This document shows positions 8,976 to 21,269 of a stretch of DNA of 64,000 nucleotides, piece after piece; position 1 is the first letter of the stretch, and the number at the start of each line of letters is the position of its first letter. The translations under genes and the position numbers were made by a program. The stretch is from Patescibacteria group bacterium (GTDB lineage Bacteria > Patescibacteriota > Minisyncoccia > 2-02-FULL-40-12 > IGHO2-01-FULL-4-A): assembly GCA_038064915.1 (NCBI GenBank), contig JBBTSB010000003.1:13395-77394 (forward strand), read 5' to 3'. A model generated the notes under the pieces. The model searched no databases, was not told the origin of the DNA, and saw only the letters and a list, made by a program, of their open reading frames with translations.

Positions 8976-9977
8976 ATGATTGCATCAGAAGTGCTCAATA
9001 ATTTTGAAAATAAAAAGGTGTTAGTCACCGGGGGGACGGGTATGATCGGTCGAGAGATTGTCAAGATTCTGGCCGATGCAGGGGCGAAGGTCATCATTGT
9101 ATCTTTAGATCAGCTTATCGTTGATGATCGCGCCGATCATGTTCTTGGCGATTTGACAGATTTTGCTTTTGTAAAAAAAATCACCGAAGGGATGGATTAT
9201 GTTTTTCATGTTGCTGGCATCAAGGGTTCCATTGAGGTAACCAAATCCAAGCCCGCCAGTTTTTTTGTTCCGCTTTTGATGATGAATACGAATGTATTGG
9301 AAGCGTGCAGGATTAATAACGTCAATAAAGTAGTATATACCAGCTCTATCGGTGCCTATGCCAGTGCGGAAGTATTTCGTGAAGGCGAAAATCAAGATGG
9401 TCCACCCATGGATATGTTTCCCGGCTGGGCCAAGCGCATGGCGGAATTGCAAGTCGAAGCCTATCGGATACAATATGAAATGAAAAACTTTGCCATTGTT
9501 CGTCCCTGCAACGTTTATGGACCGGGGGACAACTTTGATCCTGAAAACGCGATGGTCATTCCCACCCTCATGGCGCGTATTTTTCGGAAGGAAAATCCGG
9601 TCGTCATTTGGGGCGACGGTAGTGCTGTTCGTGATTTTGCTTTCAGTCGTGATGTGGCCGAAGGCACGATTCTTGCGTTGCACCATGGAACTGGCGGGAG
9701 TTTTGTGAACCTCGGAAGCGGCCAAGGTGTCACCATCAAGGAATTGGTGGAAACCCTTCGGACATTTTTGGATTTCAACTACGTATTCGATACGACAAAG
9801 CCCTCGGGATTTCCTCGTCGGGTCATGGATATTGCCCGGGCTCGCGAGGTGATACACTATAATCCGACAACATCACTGCGTGATGGTCTTGAAGAAACGT
9901 GGAAATGGTACCTGGAGCATCAGGACGAATATCTGAAGCGAAAAAATTATTTCAAAGAAAAAAATGAATCCAGATAA
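8976..9977 (+). CDS. NAD-dependent nucleotide-sugar epimerase/reductase (GDP-fucose synthase-like SDR)
   Basis: VTGGTGMIG, RPCNVYGPGDNFD, WGDG...RDF; PGWAK replaces canonical YxxxK. Confidence 0.88.
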   Translation: MIASEVLNNFENKKVLVTGGTGMIGREIVKILADAGAKVIIVSLDQLIVDDRADHVLGDLTDFAFVKKITEGMDYVFHVAGIKGSIEVTKSKPASFFVPLLMMNTNVLEACRINNVNKVVYTSSIGAYASAEVFREGENQDGPPMDMFPGWAKRMAELQVEAYRIQYEMKNFAIVRPCNVYGPGDNFDPENAMVIPTLMARIFRKENPVVIWGDGSAVRDFAFSRDVAEGTILALHHGTGGSFVNLGSGQGVTIKELVETLRTFLDFNYVFDTTKPSGFPRRVMDIARAREVIHYNPTTSLRDGLEETWKWYLEHQDEYLKRKNYFKEKNESR

Positions 9978-10797
9978 ACGAAAACATGACATACATTATG
10001 AAGCAGTGCGAACCGAGCTTGAAGCGTTTTTACCATCAGTCGGTCAGCAGGTACTTGCCTTACGTCAAAAGGCCGAAACTGATCCGGATTTCGCAAGACT
10101 AAAAGCTGACAGAACCATAGTGACCAAGGCTGACGAGCTAGCGGAGACTTTAATTCGAGCTTGGATTACCGAGCGTTTCCCTGAAGATTCGATACGAGGC
10201 GAAGAGCAGGAGCAAAAAGTGGGAGGCGCTCGTGTTTGGATTATTGACCCTATAGATGGGACGTATAATTTTTCTCATACTGCCGATAAGTTTGGAATCT
10301 CGGTGGGTTTAGTTGAACAGAACGACCCCATGCTTGGTGTGATTTTTTATCCAGCTGAGGATGTAATCCTTTCCTCTGCACGGGACTCGACTCCTTTACT
10401 CAATGGCATACCCATGAGTGTATCAGCAGGAAAACAAGATATCACGCAAGCGATGATTCTTGCCTCGCTTCATCCAACTCATAACGCTGATCCGCGATTT
10501 GCAGTTTCAGGCAAACAACTCAATAACCTTCTGAATTCTATGCACCATGGCAACCTAGGGTGGAGCTTCACATTTGATTTTTTACATTTCCTGCAAAGTG
10601 ATGCTGATGCCATATCTCACCCGGGACCCACACCGTATGACATCGGGGCAATGTGTTCGATTGCTAAAGAACTTCATCTGACAATTTCCGACTATGATGG
10701 CAAATCGCTTGATTTTTCAAAAGACATTATGCCGATTCTTATCTCGAAAAATCACACTTTGCACAGAGCGATCATTAAAAAATTGAATCAAAAATAG
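9964..10797 (+). CDS. Inositol monophosphatase family protein
   Basis: VT.AD..AE, GEE, WIIDPIDGT.NF, PYD.GA. Confidence 0.85.
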   Translation: MNPDKRKHDIHYEAVRTELEAFLPSVGQQVLALRQKAETDPDFARLKADRTIVTKADELAETLIRAWITERFPEDSIRGEEQEQKVGGARVWIIDPIDGTYNFSHTADKFGISVGLVEQNDPMLGVIFYPAEDVILSSARDSTPLLNGIPMSVSAGKQDITQAMILASLHPTHNADPRFAVSGKQLNNLLNSMHHGNLGWSFTFDFLHFLQSDADAISHPGPTPYDIGAMCSIAKELHLTISDYDGKSLDFSKDIMPILISKNHTLHRAIIKKLNQK

Positions 10798-10846
10798 AGC
10801 TAACTTCGTTTTGACATTTGCCTAAATATACGACAATATCAAATTC

Positions 10847-11368
10847 ATGATCACGGTGGAGAAAACAACACTCGATGGCGTGCTCCTGATCAAGCCAAGC
10901 GCTTTTGAAGATCATCGAGGGTATTACGTTGAACTGTACAATAAAGAACTCTATCGGAGTCACGGTATCACCGTGGATTTTGTACAAGACGACGTTTCTC
11001 TGTCGCACCACCATGTCTTGCGCGGTATTCATGGAGATCACAAGACCTGGAAACTCGTTTCCTGTTTGCACGGTGAGTTTTATTTGGTTGTGGTAAACTG
11101 CGACGAAGCGTCGGCTGACTTTGGGAAATGGGAATCATTTACGCTTTCGGCAAAAAATCGTTTCCAAGTGCTCATTCCTCCCATGCACGGCAACGGCCAT
11201 GTGGTGCTGACCGATCAGGCGATTTTCCACTACAAGCAGTCGGAATACTATGTTTCGGGACAAAAATTTATCTATCGATATGATGATCCAAGATTCAATA
11301 TTACGTGGCCCGTCAAAGACCCCATCCTGTCAAAGCGCGATGAACTGGGAAAGAATATTCCAAGATAA
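10847..11368 (+). CDS. rfbC: dTDP-4-dehydrorhamnose 3,5-epimerase family protein
   Basis: FEDHRG, VQDD.S.S...VLRGIH, IPP.HGNGH, YKQS.YY. Confidence 0.85.
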   Translation: MITVEKTTLDGVLLIKPSAFEDHRGYYVELYNKELYRSHGITVDFVQDDVSLSHHHVLRGIHGDHKTWKLVSCLHGEFYLVVVNCDEASADFGKWESFTLSAKNRFQVLIPPMHGNGHVVLTDQAIFHYKQSEYYVSGQKFIYRYDDPRFNITWPVKDPILSKRDELGKNIPR

Positions 11369-11371
11369 TGT

Positions 11372-12157
11372 ATGCGTCTGATCACACTCAACACTTGGGG
11401 AGGTAAAAAATTTGATGCGTTGATAGATTTTATTCGGCGTGAGGAGAAATTCGTGGATATTTTTTGTTTTCAAGAAGTATTTTCCACCTCGAGTGACGTC
11501 AGAAAAACCAACGGTCATCGCGCAAATCTTTACCAAGAACTCCATCGTGCACTTCCCGCGTTTCATAGTCGCTTCGAGCCATATCTGAAAAATCACAATC
11601 TTGCCGAGCCCACAGACTTTCATTTGGAGCTTGGTACCGCCATTTTTGTGCGCGATAGATATTCCATGACGCACCACGGCAGGCATCAGATTCATCGATC
11701 GCAGGATGATCCCATGATTGGTTTACAATATGAGACAATTCCGCGGCATCTCCAATGGATGCAGTGCTTGGTTGTAGGTGTTCCACTTACCATCATCAAC
11801 ATTCATGGTATGTGGTTTGAGGGGGACAAGATTGACAACGCCCAAGCCATCACGCAATCGGAGCGTGTGGTTGAATTTTTAAAGACAATCCAAACTCCGA
11901 TCATTATCGCTGGCGACTTTAACCTTTGGCCGGAAACAACGTGCATTCAGATGATAGAGAATAGGGGATTGAAAAATCTCATCACGGCATATAATATTAC
12001 TTCAACGCGTCCTCGTGACTGGCCGTTTCCGCATCCCTATGCAGATTATGTTTTTGCTTCTTCGAATTTGCAGATTGTTGATTTTCAGGCTCTACCAGAT
12101 GAAGTTTCCGATCATTTGCCGCTTGCCCTTGATTTTGCTATGGTCAATACGCTATGA
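11372..12157 (+). CDS. Endonuclease/exonuclease/phosphatase (EEP) family protein
   Basis: TLN, FCFQEV, IIAGDFN, DYVF, SDHLPL. Confidence 0.88.
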   Translation: MRLITLNTWGGKKFDALIDFIRREEKFVDIFCFQEVFSTSSDVRKTNGHRANLYQELHRALPAFHSRFEPYLKNHNLAEPTDFHLELGTAIFVRDRYSMTHHGRHQIHRSQDDPMIGLQYETIPRHLQWMQCLVVGVPLTIINIHGMWFEGDKIDNAQAITQSERVVEFLKTIQTPIIIAGDFNLWPETTCIQMIENRGLKNLITAYNITSTRPRDWPFPHPYADYVFASSNLQIVDFQALPDEVSDHLPLALDFAMVNTL

Positions 12158-13113
12158 GTTTTGATTTGCATGGAAAAAAGATCCTTGTTGCGGGTGCAGC
12201 CGGATTCTTGGGTACGAATGTACTCAAAAGACTTCAGGCGCAACCATGCGACATACGAGCTGTCATACACGAATCGCCACTGCAAATTTCTCACGATAAA
12301 GTAGTGAAAGCGGATTTGACGCTTAGGGAAGATTGCACTCGTGTGTGCGAAGGTATGGACGTGGTCGTCATGTGTGCGGCGTCTACCGCCGGCGCAGGTG
12401 TGATGGAGAAAAATCCACTTGCACTAGTAACGCCCAATGTTGTCATGAATACGTTGATGCTGGAGTCGGCATACGCCGCCGGCGTGAAAACATTCATCTT
12501 CATCAGCAGTAATGCCGTCTATCCGCCGTTTGACTATGCGGTGAAGGAAGAAGAAATGATGTCCGCTCCCCCTTTTGAAAAATACTACCCCATTTCTTGG
12601 ATGAAGCGTTTTGGCGAGATTCTCTGTGAAACATACGCGAAAAAAATCAAAAAACCCATGCACACTATCGTTCTCCGGCCGGCCAATATGTACGGGCCCT
12701 ATGATGATTTTGATTGGGAGACCTCGCACATGGTGCCCGCGCTGATCCGCAAAGTGATTGAGCGGATGGATCCACTCGAAGTGTGGGGTGATGGCACCGA
12801 GATCAAGGATCTCATCTATGTGGAAGATTTTGTGGACGGATTGATACGAGCCGTTAGCACGTTGCAAACCTACCAGCCGCTCAACATCGGTACTGGTATC
12901 CCCGTTTCCGTCAATGATGTCCTTCATACGGCATTGGAAGTCGATGGATATCAGCAAGCAAAGATTGTATACAATACCTCAAAGCCGACGATGATAGGCA
13001 AGCGCATGCTGGATGTCAGCAAGGCAGAGGATCTCATTGGCTTTCGGTCGAGCACATCATTGCGTGACGGTATTGCAAAAACCATTTCCTGGTACCGAAC
13101 CAAGCACCCATGA
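12154..13113 (+). CDS. NAD-dependent nucleotide-sugar epimerase/reductase
   Basis: AGAAGFLG, RPANMYGPYD.FD, SH.VPALI.K, WGDG. Confidence 0.88.
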   Translation: MSFDLHGKKILVAGAAGFLGTNVLKRLQAQPCDIRAVIHESPLQISHDKVVKADLTLREDCTRVCEGMDVVVMCAASTAGAGVMEKNPLALVTPNVVMNTLMLESAYAAGVKTFIFISSNAVYPPFDYAVKEEEMMSAPPFEKYYPISWMKRFGEILCETYAKKIKKPMHTIVLRPANMYGPYDDFDWETSHMVPALIRKVIERMDPLEVWGDGTEIKDLIYVEDFVDGLIRAVSTLQTYQPLNIGTGIPVSVNDVLHTALEVDGYQQAKIVYNTSKPTMIGKRMLDVSKAEDLIGFRSSTSLRDGIAKTISWYRTKHP

Positions 13114-13631
13114 AACTCGTCTTACTCTATGGACCACCGGCCGTGGGGAAACTCACCATTGCGAAAGAGCTTCAGAAGCTCACGGGATTTAAACTTTTGC
13201 ACAATCATCAAATTTCTGATTTGGTAATGTCTATCCACCAGCGTGGAACGCCCGAGGCTGCCGATCTCAACCACCAAATCCGTCTTGCAGTTTACAAATC
13301 CGCTGTTGACACACAGGGTATTATTTCAACGGTGCTGTATCGCTACGACATCAAAGATCAAATCCATGCCGCTATTCGGGATTATGCAACATTCATGGAC
13401 GTTTTTGCAATACGACTTTCTTGTTCTCGGGAAGTTCTTGAACAGCGCGTCGCATCTCCCGATCGCATGGGTACGCAAAAAATTTCTTCGGTTGAAAAGT
13501 TGCGAACCGTCCTTGCTTCAGAGGATTTGTTGCGAGCTTTGCCGGATGATATTATTCCCAGTCTCCACCTTGATACCACCAGTATGCAACCATATGAAGC
13601 AGCAAACAGCATCAAAGATTATATTAGTTGA
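13110..13631 (+). CDS. P-loop nucleoside/shikimate kinase-like protein
   Basis: LYGPPAVGKLT, HNH, L..RV..PDR. Confidence 0.75.
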   Translation: MKLVLLYGPPAVGKLTIAKELQKLTGFKLLHNHQISDLVMSIHQRGTPEAADLNHQIRLAVYKSAVDTQGIISTVLYRYDIKDQIHAAIRDYATFMDVFAIRLSCSREVLEQRVASPDRMGTQKISSVEKLRTVLASEDLLRALPDDIIPSLHLDTTSMQPYEAANSIKDYIS

Positions 13632-14157
13632 TCTTGATGGGCCTTTGGCCGATCTTGAGGGTGAGTTTTTGAGACGGTGGAAAGAAAAATATCCCGGCGA
13701 GTTTTTTGTGTCGTTTGAAAAAAGAAAAACTTTTTTCTTGCGGGAGGAGTATCCTGAACACCTGCAGCCGAAAACGGATGAAATTTTGCGCGAGGAGGGG
13801 TTTTTTGCGAATTTGCAAATAGTTTCAGGGAGTAAAGAAGCGTTATTTGCGATGCGCGATCGAGGTTACACGGTCGTCATTTGCACATCCGATATCTTCA
13901 GCAACAAGAGTGGTCTGCGTGATAAGCGTGTTTGGATCCACGAGCGATTTGGGGAAGAATTCGCTCGCGCCATGATTTTTACGAGAGACAAAACCCTTGT
14001 TCGTGGCGATTATCTTATTGATGATAAACCCCTTATTATGGGTGCCTTGGAACCGACATGGGAACATGTTATCTTTGATCAGCCGTTTAATCGAGAAACG
14101 AAAATGCCTAAACGTATTAGGTCGGATTGGTCAAATTGGCGAGACGTTATTACTTGA
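13594..14157 (+). CDS. 5'(3')-deoxyribonucleotidase (NT5C, HAD fold)
   Basis: VDLDGPLAD, TRDKTLVRGDYLIDDKP, P.WEH..FDQPFN. Confidence 0.88.
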   Translation: MKQQTASKIILVDLDGPLADLEGEFLRRWKEKYPGEFFVSFEKRKTFFLREEYPEHLQPKTDEILREEGFFANLQIVSGSKEALFAMRDRGYTVVICTSDIFSNKSGLRDKRVWIHERFGEEFARAMIFTRDKTLVRGDYLIDDKPLIMGALEPTWEHVIFDQPFNRETKMPKRIRSDWSNWRDVIT

Positions 14158-14158
14158 T

Positions 14159-15142
14159 ATGGTTATTACCCGAACTCCATTTCGCATTTCTTTTTTTGGT
14201 GGTGGAACAGACTACCCGGTTTGGTATATGAACAACGGTAACGGCGGTATGACTATCAGTACGACCATTAATCGCTACTGCTATATCACCGCACGTCATT
14301 TACCTCCCTTTTTTGATCATAAGTATCGCATCCGTTATACGCGTCGTGAAGAACGTAGTGCCATCGAAAATATTGAACATCCGTCTGTTCGTGAGTGCAT
14401 GAAATATCTGGATTTCCGTGACCACCTGGAGATGGTCCATACCAGCGACTTGCCGGCCATGGCAGGACTGGGTTCGAGTTCGGCGTTTACCGTTGGTTTT
14501 TTGAACTCTCTCCATGGTTTGCGAGGAAAGACGGTTCGGCCTCGTGATTTGGCCTTGCAGGCTATTCATGTTGAACAGAATCTTATCGGGGAGAACGTGG
14601 GCTCTCAGGATCAGGTCGCAACGGCCGTTGGGGGATTGAATCGCATTGTATTTCGTCCGAGTGGTATTAAAATATCTTCTCTGTCTCTTTCACCGCGCAC
14701 GCTTAAAACATTGGAGGGACGATTACTACTCTACTTTACCGGATTTCAGCGCTTTGCTTCCGAGATTGCGGCGGAGCAAATCAAAAATACTCCCGATAAA
14801 ACGCAGGAATTGAATGCCATGATGCATTTGGCAAAACGCGCCGAGGCTGACCTTTTGGCCGGATCCATTGGTAACATGGGTGCCTTGCTTGATGAAGGAT
14901 GGCAAATCAAAAAAACCCTTTCTTCAAAAATTACCGATAACCGTATTGATGCCATCTATGCTCGTGCCAGGAGTGCGGGTGCTGTGGGCGGAAAACTGTT
15001 AGGTGCAGGCGGAGGAGGATTTTTCTTACTCTATGCTCCTGAGCAAAAACACGCAAAGATTCGTGCGGCATTGAGCGATCTTATCCATGTGCCATTTCAC
15101 TTTGAAAATACCGGTAGCAAGATTATCTACCAAAATATCTGA
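14159..15142 (+). CDS. hddA: GHMP sugar kinase, heptose-7-phosphate kinase-like
   Basis: RTPFRISFFGGGTD, GLGSSS, GSQDQ, GGKLLGAGGGGF. Confidence 0.85.
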   Translation: MVITRTPFRISFFGGGTDYPVWYMNNGNGGMTISTTINRYCYITARHLPPFFDHKYRIRYTRREERSAIENIEHPSVRECMKYLDFRDHLEMVHTSDLPAMAGLGSSSAFTVGFLNSLHGLRGKTVRPRDLALQAIHVEQNLIGENVGSQDQVATAVGGLNRIVFRPSGIKISSLSLSPRTLKTLEGRLLLYFTGFQRFASEIAAEQIKNTPDKTQELNAMMHLAKRAEADLLAGSIGNMGALLDEGWQIKKTLSSKITDNRIDAIYARARSAGAVGGKLLGAGGGGFFLLYAPEQKHAKIRAALSDLIHVPFHFENTGSKIIYQNI

Positions 15143-15145
15143 CAC

Positions 15146-16000
15146 ATGGTACGGCCGAAAATAAGCATCATCGTGACCACGTTTGGTAGAGCACAGGGTT
15201 TGCAAAAACTCTTCGATTCGCTCCAGGCAACGACACCACCCGATGTATATGAACTTGTAGTGGTATCGTCAGATCCTCCTGAAACGCCCAAGGCGGCATG
15301 GCTTCGTCAGCAAACAAACCGTGCGCGTATTATTTTTGCAGATGCTCGACAATCATGGCAGTTGAGAAGGAGGAGTAACTATTACTATATCAATGTGGGC
15401 ATTCGAAACTCGAGCTATCCATGGATTTTTCCCTGTAGCGATGACATGTACGTGGAACCGGGATGGTACGAAGCATTTTCGCGTGTTATCAACGATCCCG
15501 CAAACGCACCTACGGGGCTGGTCATCGGATCATCGCACATCGGTAATCTCCAATCTGGCATTCGCGTTGTGGTGATTGGGAAGACAAAAAAAGGGAGCAC
15601 TGATTGGAAAGATCTTTATCTCTCTGACGTTTCGATCGTTCGTCGGGATATCATGGAACAGATAGGACTTTTTGATGAAAAAATGGATTGGTTCGGTTCC
15701 GGTGCCGATCTTTCGCTGTCGGTGGAATTTCTTACCGACACCAAAACTATTGTTGCTGAAGATATGATCATCCCCCATTCTATCAGTAGAGAAAATAGAA
15801 ACAAAAATATTGTGAGTGCGTTTTTCGATTTCCACTATATCATCAACAAATGGAATCGTTGGTGCAAACGCAATGGATGTCAATTTCATTGGGATCCCGG
15901 AATTCCGAGCTATACGGTAGTAAACAGAATAAAGAACTACTACCAGCTTAAAAAAGCCATATTGAGATACTATGTAAAATATTTTTTGCGAGGACGATAG
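15146..16000 (+). CDS. Glycosyltransferase family 2
   Basis: ISIIVTTFGR, SDD, IGLFDE, G.GADLS. Confidence 0.75.
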   Translation: MVRPKISIIVTTFGRAQGLQKLFDSLQATTPPDVYELVVVSSDPPETPKAAWLRQQTNRARIIFADARQSWQLRRRSNYYYINVGIRNSSYPWIFPCSDDMYVEPGWYEAFSRVINDPANAPTGLVIGSSHIGNLQSGIRVVVIGKTKKGSTDWKDLYLSDVSIVRRDIMEQIGLFDEKMDWFGSGADLSLSVEFLTDTKTIVAEDMIIPHSISRENRNKNIVSAFFDFHYIINKWNRWCKRNGCQFHWDPGIPSYTVVNRIKNYYQLKKAILRYYVKYFLRGR

Positions 16001-16001
16001 A

Positions 16002-19655
<3,654 letters not shown>

Positions 19656-19705
19656 CCTTTATTTCTAGCATATTTCGGCTTTTTATGCTATTCTCCCGAG
19701 TACCC

Positions 19706-20107
19706 ATGCATATCGAACGCGTCAAACTCCAATCATTCGACGATACCCCCGACGGTGAGCTCTTTATTGCCGAGGGGACCAAGAATATCCCCTTTGCGAT
19801 CAAGCGCGTCTACTACATCAACCAACTCGACAATCCCAAAGCCGTCCGTGGCAAGCATGCGCACAAGAAACTCGATCAGGCCATTTTTTGTGTGAACGGA
19901 TCGTTTGTCATTGACTTGGATGATGGCAAAGAACAGACATCGATCACCCTCGATGCGTCTTCGCCTGGTGTTTTGTTGCCGCCCATGATGTGGCACACCA
20001 TGCATGATTTTTCCAAAAATTGCGCGTTGCTGGTCCTCGCCAGTGACTTTTTTGACGAATCAGACTACATCCGCAAGCACGATGAATTTTTAGCTTTATG
20101 CGCATAG
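19706..20107 (+). CDS. FdtA/QdtA-family sugar 3,4-ketoisomerase (cupin)
   Basis: IPF.IKRVYY, RG.HAHK, WH.M.DFS, DY.R. Confidence 0.88.
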   Translation: MHIERVKLQSFDDTPDGELFIAEGTKNIPFAIKRVYYINQLDNPKAVRGKHAHKKLDQAIFCVNGSFVIDLDDGKEQTSITLDASSPGVLLPPMMWHTMHDFSKNCALLVLASDFFDESDYIRKHDEFLALCA

Positions 20108-20997
20108 CTTTTGTTGTTGGCATTTTTCCGGCCGCGTCGGAGACGTTTATCATCAATCAGATTGTCGATCTTCGGGAGCGGGGTGTTGACGTGGAAGTAT
20201 TTGCGTTTCAGCGGGGAAGCGGTGAGGGAATTTCGGATCGTGCACGCGGCATCACGGCGCACTATCTTGATATGCCAAGCAACAAGTTCCTGCGGATTTT
20301 GAAAGCGATACCGAAACTCATCCGCCTCCTGCGTTATCCGAAAATTCTTCGCCGTCTATCGGTACTACACAACCGCTTTATTTTTCAGGCAGAGCCGTTT
20401 GCGGGAAAGACGTTTGATTTGGTACATTGCCACTTCGGCACGATTGCAACCGGTTACCTGATCATCAAAGACATCGTCGGCATTACAGCACCAATTGTTA
20501 CGACCTTTTATGGTTACGACGCGAGCAAGATTTTTCAGGAACAGCCGGCCGACGTCTATGATCGTCTCATACGCGAATCCTCGTATTTTCTTGCCATGTC
20601 ACAAAACATGAAAGAGCGCATGGTGGCACATGGATTTCCGGCAGATCGGGTTCGTGTGTTGCCGGTGAGTATCGATGTGGATTCATATCCGTTTGCCAGG
20701 CGCGAGCCGGCGGGAAAACCCCACATACTTTCCGTGGGACGGTTTGTCGAAAAAAAGGGCTTTGACGATTTGTTCCGAGCACTTGCAATCGTGAAGAAAA
20801 AAATAGATTTTACCTGTACTATTGTAGGAGGGGGACCGCTGGAAATGGAATTGAAAAAGTTAGTGGATGATCTCGGGCTTCATGATAGTATTGATTTTAG
20901 GGGATATATAAAGATTGAAGAAATCATCCAGTTCATGCTGACGGCGCACCTGTTTGTCCAACCATCTAAAACCGCCAAAAACGGCGATATGGAATGA
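20098..20997 (+). CDS. Glycosyltransferase family 4 (WcaL-like), N-terminal part
   Basis: FP..SETFI..Q, HCHFG, GYD, VGRFVEKKG; ends PSKTAKNGDME*. Confidence 0.85.
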   Translation: MRIAFVVGIFPAASETFIINQIVDLRERGVDVEVFAFQRGSGEGISDRARGITAHYLDMPSNKFLRILKAIPKLIRLLRYPKILRRLSVLHNRFIFQAEPFAGKTFDLVHCHFGTIATGYLIIKDIVGITAPIVTTFYGYDASKIFQEQPADVYDRLIRESSYFLAMSQNMKERMVAHGFPADRVRVLPVSIDVDSYPFARREPAGKPHILSVGRFVEKKGFDDLFRALAIVKKKIDFTCTIVGGGPLEMELKKLVDDLGLHDSIDFRGYIKIEEIIQFMLTAHLFVQPSKTAKNGDME

Positions 20998-21269
20998 ATA
21001 CAATAATTTCACAAGCTCTTGCCACGGGGCTTCCCGTCATCACCACAAAACACAGCGGTCTTCCGGATCAAATCAAAGATGGCCAAAACGGTTTTTTGGT
21101 ACCGGAGGGCGACTACCAAGCTTTAGCCACCGCGATCATTCGCTACATCGAGCATCCGGACCTCTGGGGCCCGATGGGGGAGTTCGGCAGACAACATGTA
21201 CTCGAGCATTACGATTCCAAAAAACTCATAGATGAGCAAATGAAGCTGTATGAAGATTGTCTACGCTAG
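20994..21269 (+). CDS. Glycosyltransferase family 4, C-terminal part as a separate ORF
   Basis: QALATGLPVITTKHSGLP..I.DG.NG.LV; ATGA overlap with the upstream part. Confidence 0.75.
   Translation: MNTIISQALATGLPVITTKHSGLPDQIKDGQNGFLVPEGDYQALATAIIRYIEHPDLWGPMGEFGRQHVLEHYDSKKLIDEQMKLYEDCLR

Noticed and set aside
13243-14158. N-terminal extensions in the ORF track (for example 13243, 13997, 1653, 24306, 36730, 39836, 43598, 53155)
   Set aside because: They overlap upstream genes; family motifs and junction coupling support the later starts used in the feature list.
20995-20997. TGA read as Gly, Trp or Sec (alternative genetic code)
   Set aside because: In-frame TAA follows after two codons, and TGA ends many complete genes here.
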